From assembly GCA_963666275.2 (NCBI GenBank), contig CAXXOA010000002.1:64001-128000 (forward strand): a stretch of DNA of 64,000 nucleotides, given 5' to 3'. Below are positions 27,078-37,577 of the stretch, piece after piece. How positions within the stretch are numbered: the stretch's first letter is position 1; each line of letters begins with the position of its first letter. A program made the translations under genes and the position numbers. Source of the stretch: Oceanispirochaeta sp. (lineage in GTDB: Bacteria > Spirochaetota > Spirochaetia > DSM-2461). The notes below the pieces were generated by a model. The model was not told where the DNA came from. It searched no databases and was given only the letters and a program-made list of their open reading frames with translations.

Positions 27078-28010
27078 TTATTTGGCAGAGTATTTGCCAC
27101 TCATCTGATCGGAAATAACACAGAACTGATCAATTTCCATCTTCTGAGATTCGGTCATCTGTCTCAGACGGGCATCCTGTCTCCGGCTGATAAGGTTGGT
27201 AAATACACCTTCCTTCATCAGGGAGTAACGGGCATTGGCCGGATAGAACTGGCACTCAATGGTGGAGGCATTTCCGAGATAGCTCTGAAGAACTTCAGCC
27301 TCATCACCCATTTCCTTCCAGCTGCTGCACAGTTTATGGTACAGATCCGTGTGGAAGTTGGTCATAATACCGCTGTATCCGGAATAGCCGGCTTTCAGGC
27401 TGTACAGAAGAGTCGCCGCATTGGCATTGAAAAGTTTCAGGCTGGAACCTTTTACAATTTCCGCTCTTTCCGTAATCATTTCAGGAGAACAGCAGGTGTC
27501 CTTAACAAACTCAAAACGTCCTGTCTTCACAAGTTCTTTCATCACTTCTGCGGAAAGGACCCGTTTGTAGGGATAGGGGCATTCATAAAATCCCAGGGGG
27601 ATATCCGAAGGAAGCAGTTTAATCAGCTTTTCCAGATTACTCAGCCAGATATCATCCCCTTCCCAGGGCGCGGCAAGACGGTTGGAAACCAGAACAAGAG
27701 CATCCGCTCCCGCTTCGGCCATATCATTCAGGTCCTGAGCCTGCTCTTCAATCACATCGGAAACATGACCTGAAGCCATCACAGGGTACCGGCCGGCAGT
27801 GATTTCCACGGTTTTACGGCACAGTTCTTTCCTCTCATTCCGGGAAAGTTCAAACATGGCACTGGACTGACAGACTGCGAACAGACCGTCAATTCCTCTA
27901 CCGATGTACCACTCAATAAGTCTTTCCAGAGCGGCGTAGTCGATGGACAGATCTGTATTGAAAGGGGTTAACATTGTCGGATAAACCCCGCTTACAATTT
28001 CTTTTCTCAT
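27078..28010 (-). CDS. Dihydrodipicolinate synthase/N-acetylneuraminate lyase-family class I aldolase
   Basis: GVYPTMLTPF, YECPYP, VKDT (Schiff-base Lys); CQSS in place of GTTGE. Confidence 0.88.
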   Translation of the reverse strand: MRKEIVSGVYPTMLTPFNTDLSIDYAALERLIEWYIGRGIDGLFAVCQSSAMFELSRNERKELCRKTVEITAGRYPVMASGHVSDVIEEQAQDLNDMAEAGADALVLVSNRLAAPWEGDDIWLSNLEKLIKLLPSDIPLGFYECPYPYKRVLSAEVMKELVKTGRFEFVKDTCCSPEMITERAEIVKGSSLKLFNANAATLLYSLKAGYSGYSGIMTNFHTDLYHKLCSSWKEMGDEAEVLQSYLGNASTIECQFYPANARYSLMKEGVFTNLISRRQDARLRQMTESQKMEIDQFCVISDQMSGKYSAK

Positions 28011-28046
28011 TCTATTTAATTCCTCTAAATATATAATCCGGAAGTC

Positions 28047-29342
28047 CTACATCCCCAGAAGTCTGGGAAGGAACAGAACAACACCCGGTACATAGGTAAC
28101 AAAAAACAGTACCCCGAAAAGCACAAGGAGCATGGGCAGGATCTCTTTAATAACCTCTTTCAGAGGAGTTTTGGAGATACCCGAAACAACAAAAAGGAGC
28201 ATACCGAAGGGCGGCGTCGAAAGACCGATCATCATGTTCAGAGTGATCATAACGCCGAAGTGGACAAGGTCGATCCCCAGGGCATTGATCAGCGGAAGAA
28301 CAATGGGGATGAAAACCAGAGTGATACACATGGTGTCAATGAACATACCCAGAATGATAAATACAATGTTGATCAGAAGCAGAAGAACATACTTGTTGTT
28401 TGTTACTGTCAGCAGCCAGCCGGCCACAGCGTCGGGAATGTGTTCAATCGCAACGATATAGGAAAAGGCATAGGCTGTTCCTACAAGAAGCGAAAGAGTT
28501 CCCGTTGTTTTTACTGTGTTGAGAACAACAGTGCCCAGCTGCTTGATTCCCATAGCCTTGTAGACAAAAAAGGAAACAAGGATGGCATAAAGGGCAGCCA
28601 GAGCTCCCGCCTCGGTGGGGGTTACGATTCCCGTATAGATACCGCCAAGGAGAACAATCACAGAAAGGAGAGCCGGCATGGCTTTTCCCGTAATGGACAT
28701 GGTTTCTTTGAAAGAGAGTTTTTCACCTCTGGGGTAGTTCCGGATTTTGGCAATCACCGCAATGTAGACCATAAGGGCGGCGCCCACAAGAAGTCCCGGG
28801 ATCATACCACCGATAAAAAGAGCCCCGATAGAAGCTCCCGAAAGCATGGAGTAGAAGATCATGGGAATACTGGGAGGAAAGATCGGGCCGATTGTCGCGG
28901 AAGCGGCGGTTACGGCACTGCTGAATCCTCTTTCGTATCCATTGTCGTTCATGGCTTTGATTTCCATCATTCCCAGTCCGGAAGCATCTGCCAGAGCAGA
29001 ACCGGTCATACCTGAAAAGATAATGGACGCTACAACATTCACATGCCCCAGGGCACCCCTTCTCCGGCCGACGACTGCGTTGGCAAATTTGAAGATCATA
29101 TCGGTCACTCTACCTGTATTCATGACTTCAGCCATAAAAACAAAAAGAGGCACAGCGATAAGAACAAATTTGGAGTTCATGTTGGTCAGGAACTGTGTGG
29201 CCGCCATTCCCATATCTGCCGCAGGACCGGTAGCCAGGGCAAAGTAGAAAAGAGACGCCATAAGCATACCCGGAGCGATAGGAATCCGGATGAGAAAAAT
29301 CAGGACAAAACAGATGAGAAAAACTAACAAGGGCAGACTCAT
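28047..29342 (-). CDS. dctM: TRAP transporter large permease
   Basis: AVPLF, SGMTGSALADA, PIFPPSIP, TPTEA and TPPFG motifs. Confidence 0.95.
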   Translation of the reverse strand: MSLPLLVFLICFVLIFLIRIPIAPGMLMASLFYFALATGPAADMGMAATQFLTNMNSKFVLIAVPLFVFMAEVMNTGRVTDMIFKFANAVVGRRRGALGHVNVVASIIFSGMTGSALADASGLGMMEIKAMNDNGYERGFSSAVTAASATIGPIFPPSIPMIFYSMLSGASIGALFIGGMIPGLLVGAALMVYIAVIAKIRNYPRGEKLSFKETMSITGKAMPALLSVIVLLGGIYTGIVTPTEAGALAALYAILVSFFVYKAMGIKQLGTVVLNTVKTTGTLSLLVGTAYAFSYIVAIEHIPDAVAGWLLTVTNNKYVLLLLINIVFIILGMFIDTMCITLVFIPIVLPLINALGIDLVHFGVMITLNMMIGLSTPPFGMLLFVVSGISKTPLKEVIKEILPMLLVLFGVLFFVTYVPGVVLFLPRLLGM

Positions 29343-29833
29343 ATTTTATACTCTCCTGATTTTAAAAGTTTCAGATCTTTGACAACATCTATGGTGAACC
29401 GACCAATCATAAAAGCCAGAAAAATGACAAAGGGGAAGAAAACTATATCCATCGGAATTTTCAGAACATTCGATTTTTTATAGTTCATGAAGTGAACATA
29501 ATTCCAAGACGGAATCAGTCCGATAATAAAGGAAACAATCAGCAGAATATTTCCTGAGATTCTCATCCAGAGTTGAGCTAAAGGACCCACCGAATCGTAT
29601 AACATGGTGAACATAACATGGGAATCATCTCTTTTGGCAAAAATTCCCCCCAGCAGGGAGGTCCAGATAAAACACATAAGAGAGAGTTCCAGGGTCCATG
29701 TGAGGGGTCTGAAAAAGTAACGGAATACAATCCCCAGTATAAAAACAAGGAATAAAACAGAAAAAGCGGTAAAGGGAATATAGACCTCTACCGTATCAAC
29801 TAGGAATTTACCTATTTTTTGAATTTTCTTCAT
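29339..29833 (-). CDS. dctQ: TRAP transporter small permease
   Basis: About 4 TM segments; RY..PLTWTLEL and SH motifs; lies between dctP and dctM. Confidence 0.9.
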   Translation of the reverse strand: MKKIQKIGKFLVDTVEVYIPFTAFSVLFLVFILGIVFRYFFRPLTWTLELSLMCFIWTSLLGGIFAKRDDSHVMFTMLYDSVGPLAQLWMRISGNILLIVSFIIGLIPSWNYVHFMNYKKSNVLKIPMDIVFFPFVIFLAFMIGRFTIDVVKDLKLLKSGEYKI

Positions 29834-29898
29834 ATATAAAGCCTTCTATCAATAGTTAATCCCGTCCGGAGCTTCTCCGGACAGGACCTTATCTACTA

Positions 29899-30927
29899 TT
29901 AATCTACCAGAGCCTGAACTTCTGCATACAGATCCATATCCCAGTCTTTTGAGATATCTTTGCTGTCATTCAGATAGGAGTTCTGAGCGTATTCGGCAAA
30001 TGCCTGAACATCCGGATCATCGATAATAGTCATACCTTCGCCTCTGAAGAAATCCAGGATTCCCGCTTCGGTTTCAAGGTTGGTTGTATCACAGTATTCA
30101 CGAGCTACATCTACAGCCTGAAGAACCCATTCTTTCTGCTGATCAGTAAAGGACTGCCATTTCTTTTCGTTGATTGTAGGCCAGGTGGAATCAACAACAT
30201 GGTTGGTCAGTACGATGTATTTTGTTACTTCGTAGAATTTGGCGTTTTTGTCGGTTGCCAGGGGGTTATCCTGACCTTCAACAGCGCCGGTTTTCAGTCC
30301 CATGTAAACTTCATTGAAAGACATGGGAGTGGGGTTGCCGCCGAGAGCTTTTCCAAGGGCAATCCATGAAGGAGATCCGGGAACTCTCAGTTTAACACCG
30401 TCCATATCGGCAGGAGTTCTGACAGGACCCACTTTGTCAACAAGGTTCAGCTGTCTGGTACCGAGGTAGTAAGCTCCGAGAGGTCTGATCCCCTGAGAAT
30501 CCACAACATCCTGGAAAACCTTCTGTCCGATCTCGCCATTGAAAACTTTGGTCATGTGCTCATAACCCTGAAAGGTATAAACAGCAGAGAACATGGAAAG
30601 GTAGGGAACAAACTCAGCCAGCCAGGGAGCACTGGTGTAAACCATATCAACAGTTCCCTGACGAACGGCAGCCTGCTCACCTTCCTGTGAATAGAGCTGA
30701 CCGGAGTGATAAACATTCACGATCATGGATCCGTCGGAGATTTTCTCCAGTTCTTCTTTGAATACAGTCATAGCTTCAGTATGGGCATCGCCTGGAACAC
30801 TGACTGAAGAGAAGTTGATTTCAATAGGTTCGGATGAGGCAGCCGCTGTCTGGCTTTCATCCTTCTGTTTACAGCCGCCGAAAACAATCAGGCCTGCAAG
30901 CAGCAGAAAAAATACAGTCTTTTTCAT
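29899..30927 (-). CDS. dctP: TRAP substrate-binding lipoprotein (DctP/SiaP-like)
   Basis: Lipobox-like FGGC, GVKLRVP (carboxylate-binding Arg), PTPMSFNEVY, GQDNP. Confidence 0.92.
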   Translation of the reverse strand: MKKTVFFLLLAGLIVFGGCKQKDESQTAAASSEPIEINFSSVSVPGDAHTEAMTVFKEELEKISDGSMIVNVYHSGQLYSQEGEQAAVRQGTVDMVYTSAPWLAEFVPYLSMFSAVYTFQGYEHMTKVFNGEIGQKVFQDVVDSQGIRPLGAYYLGTRQLNLVDKVGPVRTPADMDGVKLRVPGSPSWIALGKALGGNPTPMSFNEVYMGLKTGAVEGQDNPLATDKNAKFYEVTKYIVLTNHVVDSTWPTINEKKWQSFTDQQKEWVLQAVDVAREYCDTTNLETEAGILDFFRGEGMTIIDDPDVQAFAEYAQNSYLNDSKDISKDWDMDLYAEVQALVD

Positions 30928-30985
30928 CGATTAAGACTCCTTTTGTCTTATTTGGAATTTTCTGATCTCTTTGATCACGTCACCT

Positions 30986-31058
30986 ATAGTAATATGACTT
31001 ATGTCACATGTCAACTTATAAATATAACAGTTGACATATGTCGCAGGCAGGGTAAAAT
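30986..31058. promoter_or_regulatory. Back-to-back promoters with TGAC-N4-GTC palindromes (candidate FadR operators)
   Basis: TGACTTATGTCA (30995) and TGACATATGTCG (31032); minus strand TTGACA (31014)-17 bp-TACTAT; plus strand TTGACA (31031)-16 bp-TAAAAT. Confidence 0.6.
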
Positions 31059-31089
31059 AAAGGAAATATTTCTTGTATAATGGACAATT

Positions 31090-31818
31090 ATGGAAAAGAT
31101 GAGAGGAATTACTCCTTTAAAGAAAATGAAGATTTCTGACGAAGTCACACATGCAATAGAGAATATGATCATTGAGAACAACCTCTGCCCGGGAGACAAG
31201 CTTCCTTCTCAGGCGGAACTGTCCGAACAGCTCCAGGTAGGAACGCGGTCCATACGCGAGGCCATCCGGACCCTGGAATCCCGGGGCATGGTGGAAACCC
31301 TTCAGGGCAAAGGGGTTTTTGTTAAAGAGAACAACATGGACTACTTTATGGAAACCCTGATGGGTTCCTTTGTATTCCATTTCCCCGAGCAGAAGGACCT
31401 GCTGGTGGATCTAACCAACACAAGACGGGTCATAGAATCCCAGTCTATCCATGATGTAGCGGAAAACCCGCCCAAGGGATTCATCTCTTTCTTTTCCAGA
31501 CTCATTGAAGAACTGGACGAAAAGGCTCTTCAGAAAGATATCGATGCCTACAACATGCTGGATATGGAGCTCCACCGCAGCATCATAGACGCCACTGAGA
31601 ACAAGATTCTGATCTCACTGTATAAACACCTGACTGATCTTCTTATCCGCTCATTCAGCCGGACAGGGCAGGTCAGAGGCAGCCTGGAAACCAGCATCAG
31701 AGACCACCACAACATGCTCCAGGCCATAACGGCCAGAGACGGCGACACAGCAAAAGAGATAATGGAAAAACACATCAATATGACACTGGATAAAATCAGG
31801 GAAATGTCTGTGGTTTAA
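31090..31818 (+). CDS. GntR/FadR-family regulator
   Basis: PGDKLPSQAELSEQLQVGTRSIREA...GKGVFV wHTH, plus an FCD domain (DxELH, N, HH, H). Confidence 0.92.
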   Translation: MEKMRGITPLKKMKISDEVTHAIENMIIENNLCPGDKLPSQAELSEQLQVGTRSIREAIRTLESRGMVETLQGKGVFVKENNMDYFMETLMGSFVFHFPEQKDLLVDLTNTRRVIESQSIHDVAENPPKGFISFFSRLIEELDEKALQKDIDAYNMLDMELHRSIIDATENKILISLYKHLTDLLIRSFSRTGQVRGSLETSIRDHHNMLQAITARDGDTAKEIMEKHINMTLDKIREMSVV

Positions 31819-32933
31819 AGGCCGTCCGCCAGCTGCAGAAGCCCTGAATTATGATGGGAGGTTCTGTTCCTTCCCGCCTTTTTGGATTTATAGAGGGCTT
31901 TGTCCGCCCTTTTTATCATCGTACTGCTCTCCAGCTGTTCATAGCCGTTATGAGTCGCCACTCCCAGGCTCACAGTCACTTTGAGAGTATTCCCCTGATA
32001 GATAGTAACCATTTTCTCAATGGATGTCCTTATCCTTTCCGCTGCGATCTGAGCTTCCTGCCTTCCGGAATTGCACAGGAGGACAGTAAACTCCTCTCCG
32101 CCGAACCGGGAGATGATATCCCCCTCTCTGACACAGGTTTTTAATTGAGAGGCAAGGTGGAGAATGACCTCGTCTCCCGCCAGATGACCAAAGGTATCAT
32201 TGAATGTCTTGAACTTATCAATATCCATGACAATCACCGAAAAAGGAAGTTTGTTCCGCTGACTCCGGGAAATCTGTTCATTCAGACGATGAATGAAAAA
32301 GTTATGATTATACAGCCCGGTTTTAGAATCCTTCACAGAGTGTTCATAGTGGATGGTATTCTGGATGGCAATGGAAGTCAGACGCATAAGCCTGTCCATA
32401 TAGGCGATTTCCTTGGCCGAATACTCTTCACCCAGAACCTTGGAACCGAACAGGATGATTCCGTAAAGTCCTGAGATGCCCAGGACGGGAACGACAATCT
32501 CAGGGTTCAGATTTTTCAGTTCAGCAAGAACTCCGCTGCCGGCGATTTCCTGTTCCAGAATCAGAAAACTTGTGGTTCCCCTGTATTTCTGAAAGAAGAG
32601 ATCCAGCTCCTCCAGGGATGTGATAGACAGTCCGGGATCGCATATTTTCATATTGTTATACCCCAGGACTTTGATCCTGTTGATCATAATCCCTTCATTC
32701 AGGATGAATGTAAGAGTCGAGGGAATGAATTTATCCGAAAGGATTCTGATGATCAAATCTATCAGCTCCTCAATGGATTCCTTACGGAAAATCCTGTCGG
32801 CATCCATGAGAAGCTCCTCCAGCTCGATATTCGCTTTCTTCTGTTCCTGTATCAGATCCAGGACACCGGTTTCGCTGAAGAGATTATAATTCTGAATCAC
32901 CAGAGGATTCTGTGAAATTTCTTTCCAATCCAT
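31815..32933 (-). CDS. Diguanylate cyclase (GAF-like plus GGDEF)
   Basis: DSKTGLYN, DIDKFKTFNDTFGHLAGD, REGD (RxxD I-site), RFGGEEF, ADKALY. Confidence 0.92.
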   Translation of the reverse strand: MDWKEISQNPLVIQNYNLFSETGVLDLIQEQKKANIELEELLMDADRIFRKESIEELIDLIIRILSDKFIPSTLTFILNEGIMINRIKVLGYNNMKICDPGLSITSLEELDLFFQKYRGTTSFLILEQEIAGSGVLAELKNLNPEIVVPVLGISGLYGIILFGSKVLGEEYSAKEIAYMDRLMRLTSIAIQNTIHYEHSVKDSKTGLYNHNFFIHRLNEQISRSQRNKLPFSVIVMDIDKFKTFNDTFGHLAGDEVILHLASQLKTCVREGDIISRFGGEEFTVLLCNSGRQEAQIAAERIRTSIEKMVTIYQGNTLKVTVSLGVATHNGYEQLESSTMIKRADKALYKSKKAGRNRTSHHNSGLLQLADGL

Positions 32934-33322
32934 AATCAGAAGGCATTATACTTCAAAAACCCCGATTTTTAAATAAAACTTTCTCTGTTCACTCAAGTGA
33001 AAACAACTTCTGCCATGTCCTTCAGGGGTGAATCAAAAATGAATTAAAGGGATTTATCCTCCCCCACAGGGGCTGCCGTATTGTGGATATTCCTAAAAAT
33101 AAACGCGGATATAGATCGAAATAACAGGAATGTAGGAATAATTTCCCTCCCGGGGACTTTCCACCGGATTGATTGTTCAATTAGCAATAAAAGAGATAGC
33201 AACTACCTGCTATCAGGAAATTTTTCTACACAAATGTAATTAGAATACGCATTTCCCACATGCAAGTCGGGTTTTTTCGTAAAACGACAGGATCTCTTCC
33301 CATTTCTACTGAAAAGAACAAT

Positions 33323-33338
33323 TGGCATAGGAATTGCA
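33323..33338 (+). promoter_or_regulatory. Sigma54 (-24/-12) promoter of aapJQMP
   Basis: TGGCATAGGAATTGCA has GG-N10-GC spacing and ends 36 bp before the aapJ start. Confidence 0.75.
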
Positions 33339-33374
33339 CATACTTATCAAAACCAATTTCAACTGGAGAAATGT

Positions 33375-34466
33375 ATGTTCAAAAATTTTTTTTCAAAAGC
33401 AACTGTTCTGTCTGCTGCTCTGTTTATCAGTGCCGCATTCCTGTTTGTTTCCTGCGGATCAGAATCTGAATCCACAGAGACCGCTGCCGCAGCTCCCGCG
33501 GTAGAAGAAGTGAAATCTACTCTGGACCTTGTAAAGGAACGGGGAAAAGTTATTGTCGGTGTCACAGCCGGTGTACCCGGATATTCAGCACCTAACAGCG
33601 AAGGTGTCTGGGAAGGATTCGATGTCGACCTGGGAAGAGCTGTTGCGGCCGCTGTCCTTGGTGATGCCGATGCGATTGAATGCCGTCCTCTGAGCGCAAA
33701 AGAGAGATTTACTGCCCTGCAGTCCGGAGAGATCGATGTACTGAGCCGTGTAACAACATGGACTGCAACCAGAGACAGCCAGCTGGGTGTTAACTTTGCC
33801 GGCGTAAACTACTACGACGGTCAGGGATTCATGGTTGCCAAAGATTCAGGGATTACCTCTCTGGCAGACCTTGACGGAGCAACCATTGCTGTACAGTCAG
33901 GAACTACAACTGAGCTGAACCTTTCCGACTATTTCCGTAAAGAGGGAATGGAACTGGAACTCATTACTTTCGAAAAGAACGACCAGGCCTCTGCCGCTCT
34001 TGAAGCCGGACGTGCCGATGCTGTTACCAGCGACCAGTCACAGCTCTACGCTCTGAGAACCAAATTCCAGAATCCTGATAACTTTGTAATGCTCCCCGAG
34101 CTGATCTCAAAAGAACCCCTCGGACCCGTTGTCCGCCAGGGAGATGACCAGTGGTTCAACATTGTAAAATGGTGTCTTAATGTTATGCTGAATGCCGAAG
34201 AGTACGGTGTAACTTCCGCTAACGTGGATGAAATGAAAGCCAGCAGCACCAACCCCAATGTGAAAAGAATGCTCGGTGTGGAAGGAAAAGTGGCAGAAGG
34301 TTTCGGACTTTCCGATGACTTCGGTTACAACATCATCAAACTCGTAGGAAACTACGGTGAAAGCTTTGAAAGAAACCTGGGAATGGATTCTCCCCTGAAA
34401 ATCTCAAGAGGATTCAATGCACTGTGGACTGACGGCGGTCTTCAGTACGGAATGCCTATCCGCTAA
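33375..34466 (+). CDS. aapJ: General L-amino acid ABC transporter substrate-binding lipoprotein
   Basis: ERFTALQSGEIDVLSR, YYDGQGFM, ISKEPLGP, GNYGESFERN, LWTDGGLQY; lipobox-like FVSC. Confidence 0.92.
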   Translation: MFKNFFSKATVLSAALFISAAFLFVSCGSESESTETAAAAPAVEEVKSTLDLVKERGKVIVGVTAGVPGYSAPNSEGVWEGFDVDLGRAVAAAVLGDADAIECRPLSAKERFTALQSGEIDVLSRVTTWTATRDSQLGVNFAGVNYYDGQGFMVAKDSGITSLADLDGATIAVQSGTTTELNLSDYFRKEGMELELITFEKNDQASAALEAGRADAVTSDQSQLYALRTKFQNPDNFVMLPELISKEPLGPVVRQGDDQWFNIVKWCLNVMLNAEEYGVTSANVDEMKASSTNPNVKRMLGVEGKVAEGFGLSDDFGYNIIKLVGNYGESFERNLGMDSPLKISRGFNALWTDGGLQYGMPIR

Positions 34467-34482
34467 TCAGCAGTAATCCGTT

Positions 34483-34509
34483 TTCCCCGGGCTGTTATGG
34501 TCCGGGGAA
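34483..34509 (+). terminator. Intra-operon hairpin after aapJ
   Basis: TTCCCCGG...CCGGGGAA stem with no clear U-tail; probably a stability or attenuation hairpin. Confidence 0.5.
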
Positions 34510-34541
34510 GTATCCATCCTTTTATACAGGTTTAATAATTC

Positions 34542-35711
34542 ATGAACAAATCAAAAGTCAAAAGCCTGAGTATGCAGACGGCTATCCTGGTACTTCTACT
34601 GGGAATGTTTGTCTACTTCGGCTTTAACTATATCGAAAACATCACCAAAAGGAATATCGGTTTCGGATACGGCTTTATGGACGACACAGCCGGATTTTCC
34701 ATAAGCCAGACCCTGATATCCTACACTGAAGCCGATACATTCGGCCGGACTTTTGTCATCGGACTTCTCAATACCCTGCTGGCGTCTTTTATAGGAATAC
34801 TGCTGGCAACTCTTCTGGGATTTCTCGTGGGACTGATGAGGATGTCAAAAAACAAACTCATAAGCGGTACAGCTCTGTTTTATGTGGAAATGCTGAGAAA
34901 TATCCCTCCCCTGCTCCATGTCCTATTCTGGTATCAGGTTGTTTTTCTGAATATTCTTCCCCCTTTTAAAGAGTCTTTCAAAGTGGGGGAATGGCTATAT
35001 ATCAATGTACGGGGCATTACGATTCCGTCCTTTATCCCCCAGGCGAATTCCTATACATACAACCTCATGATATTTGTCTGTATCATAGCGATTATCTACG
35101 TCAGTTATATGAAAAAACAGCTGATCCTCAGGGGTGTGCATAAAAGATTATGGCCCTGGCAGCTTCTGGCAGTGATCGGTCCTGTGGTAGCGGCGTTCAT
35201 AATGAGACCCTATGATGTTGTTCTGCCGGAACTGACAAAGTTCAAATTCTCCACAGGAATGACAATCCGTCCCGAGCTATTTTCCGTTGTTGTGGCTCTG
35301 GGAACCTACACCTCAACCTACATCTCGGAAATTGTCCGCAGTTCTATTCTGGCTGTCCCCAAAGGTCAGCTGGAAGCGGCTAAAAGTCTGGGTTTTGCTC
35401 CCTACAGGAGACTGCAGCTTGTCATTATTCCCCAGGCTATGAGGACAATGATTCCCCCTGTGACAAACCAGTACCTGAACCTCATAAAGAATACATCTCT
35501 CGGTATGGCTGTGGCCTATCCCGATCTGACCTCCATATTTGCGGGAACCACACTGAACCAGACCGGAAGAGCCCTGGAAGTAATGGCTCTTGTCATGATC
35601 ACCTACCTGAGTATCAGCCTTGTGACTTCCATACTGATGAACTGGTACAACAAAAGCATCATTGACCGCAAAGGAGATATGCTGAAGAAGGAGGATATCC
35701 CCCTTGACTGA
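34542..35711 (+). CDS. aapQ: Amino acid ABC transporter permease
   Basis: GLLNTL, RNIPPL, EIVRS, GQLEAA (EAA loop), NQYLNLIKN, LNQTGRA. Confidence 0.9.
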   Translation: MNKSKVKSLSMQTAILVLLLGMFVYFGFNYIENITKRNIGFGYGFMDDTAGFSISQTLISYTEADTFGRTFVIGLLNTLLASFIGILLATLLGFLVGLMRMSKNKLISGTALFYVEMLRNIPPLLHVLFWYQVVFLNILPPFKESFKVGEWLYINVRGITIPSFIPQANSYTYNLMIFVCIIAIIYVSYMKKQLILRGVHKRLWPWQLLAVIGPVVAAFIMRPYDVVLPELTKFKFSTGMTIRPELFSVVVALGTYTSTYISEIVRSSILAVPKGQLEAAKSLGFAPYRRLQLVIIPQAMRTMIPPVTNQYLNLIKNTSLGMAVAYPDLTSIFAGTTLNQTGRALEVMALVMITYLSISLVTSILMNWYNKSIIDRKGDMLKKEDIPLD

Positions 35712-36789
35712 TAAAATCAAAGGCACAATCCACACGATAAGAAAAGATTTTTTCAATACCCCGGGCAATGCCATACTTTCACTGCTGATGCTCTTCTTCG
35801 TTGTAAAAGTAGGTATATGGTTTATCAACTGGGCATTTATCAACGCCGTCTGGATAGGCGATACCAACGAAGTTGCCAGTCCCGACGGAGCCACCTGGGC
35901 GTTTATCATCAATAAACTGAGATTTTTCATGTTCGGGTTTTATCCTAAAGCCCATCTCTGGAGAATCATTGCCACTCTCCTTCTGATGGCAGCCACAATG
36001 ATTCCCTACTTTCTGAAGGCTATCAAACATAAAGTCCTTGTATTTGCCGGACAGATGGTAATCTGGCCTCTGATCATAGGCTTTTTCCTGGCTGGCGGCA
36101 TGGGACTTGAAAAAGTATCCACCAATGACTGGGGCGGCCTGACTCTGACATTTATCCTGTCGGCCCTGGGTCTGATGTACTCTTTTCCCGTAGGTATATT
36201 CCTGGCTCTGGGAAGAAGAAGCGAAAAAAAAATCATCCGGTCTCTCAGTATTGCCTATATTGAGTTTTTCCGCGGGATCCCTCTGATTACCATCCTGTTT
36301 ATGGCATCGGTGGTTGTCCCCTTCTTTCTCCCCAGTCAGGTTTCCATTGACAAGATTATCCGTGTTGTTATCGGTATGACCTTTTTCCAGTCGGCCTATC
36401 TGGCGGAGGTCATAAGGGGCGGTCTTCAGGCCATCCCCAAGGGACAGTATGAAGCGGCGGATTCTCTGGGTTTCCGCTTCGGACTGCAGCAGTACCTGGT
36501 AATCATGCCTCAGGTTCTTAAAGTGACTGTTTCGAATATCGGCGGGATTTCCATCTCCTTTATCAAGGACACCACGCTGGTACTGATCATCGGAATGTTT
36601 GACCTTCTGGGAATTGTAAGCCCCCTTGCCAGCGACAGCAACTGGCTGGGAATGGAGCCGGAAGGACTGATTTTTGCCGGGATCGTATACTGGATTATCT
36701 GTTTCAGTATTTCCCGTCTCACCTACAAGGTGGAAGAAAAAGTGAATACACTGCCTGTAACGACAGCAGGTGGAGGAGCAAAGAAATGA
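35704..36789 (+). CDS. aapM: Amino acid ABC transporter permease
   Basis: [46 protein letters not shown]. Confidence 0.9.
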   Translation: MTDKIKGTIHTIRKDFFNTPGNAILSLLMLFFVVKVGIWFINWAFINAVWIGDTNEVASPDGATWAFIINKLRFFMFGFYPKAHLWRIIATLLLMAATMIPYFLKAIKHKVLVFAGQMVIWPLIIGFFLAGGMGLEKVSTNDWGGLTLTFILSALGLMYSFPVGIFLALGRRSEKKIIRSLSIAYIEFFRGIPLITILFMASVVVPFFLPSQVSIDKIIRVVIGMTFFQSAYLAEVIRGGLQAIPKGQYEAADSLGFRFGLQQYLVIMPQVLKVTVSNIGGISISFIKDTTLVLIIGMFDLLGIVSPLASDSNWLGMEPEGLIFAGIVYWIICFSISRLTYKVEEKVNTLPVTTAGGGAKK

Positions 36790-37571
36790 CAGAACTGAAA
36801 GAAAAACCCGCAGTCAGCGAAACTGCCAATCCCGACCATATTATATCTATCTCCAATCTCAACAAATGGTACGATGAGTTTCATGTACTGATCGATGTGA
36901 ACCTGAATGTTGCCCCGGGTGAAAAAATCGTTATCTGCGGTCCCTCGGGATCCGGAAAATCCACCCTGATCCGCTGTATAAACCGTCTGGAAAAGCACCA
37001 GAAGGGTGTTATCAACGTAATGGGTAACGAACTGACCGAAGATACCAAAGATGTCTCTCTGATCAGACAGGAAGTAGGGATGGTATTTCAGAGCTTCAAC
37101 CTGTTCCCCCATCTGACAATCCTGCAGAATCTGACTCTGGCTCCCATCTGGATCAGAAAAATGTCCCAGAAAGAGGCGGAGAAGATAGCCTGGAAATATC
37201 TGAAAAGGGTTAATATCGCCGAACACGCCCTGAAATTCCCGACACAGCTTTCGGGAGGTCAGCAGCAGCGGGCCGCCATTGCCAGGAGCCTGTGCATGCA
37301 GCCGAAAATCATGCTCTTTGATGAACCCACATCCGCTCTGGATCCGGAAATGGTAAATGAAGTTCTGGATGTTATGGTGACCCTGGCGGATGAGGGAATG
37401 ACCATGCTCTGCGTAACCCATGAGATGGGTTTTGCCCGCCGGGTTGCTGACCACGTTATTTTTATGGACGAAGGAAGAATCGTGGAGAGACAGGTTCCGG
37501 AGAAGTTCTTTACAGAACCGGAAAATGAAAGAACACGGCAGTTCCTCAAACAGATCCACGCCATCTCCTGA
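36786..37571 (+). CDS. aapP: Amino acid ABC transporter ATP-binding protein
   Basis: [29 protein letters not shown]. Confidence 0.95.
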   Translation: MTELKEKPAVSETANPDHIISISNLNKWYDEFHVLIDVNLNVAPGEKIVICGPSGSGKSTLIRCINRLEKHQKGVINVMGNELTEDTKDVSLIRQEVGMVFQSFNLFPHLTILQNLTLAPIWIRKMSQKEAEKIAWKYLKRVNIAEHALKFPTQLSGGQQQRAAIARSLCMQPKIMLFDEPTSALDPEMVNEVLDVMVTLADEGMTMLCVTHEMGFARRVADHVIFMDEGRIVERQVPEKFFTEPENERTRQFLKQIHAIS

Positions 37572-37577
37572 TCTGTT

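Noticed and set aside
27078..28010. dapA
   Set aside because: There is no GTTGE motif, and the context is catabolic (TRAP plus FadR).
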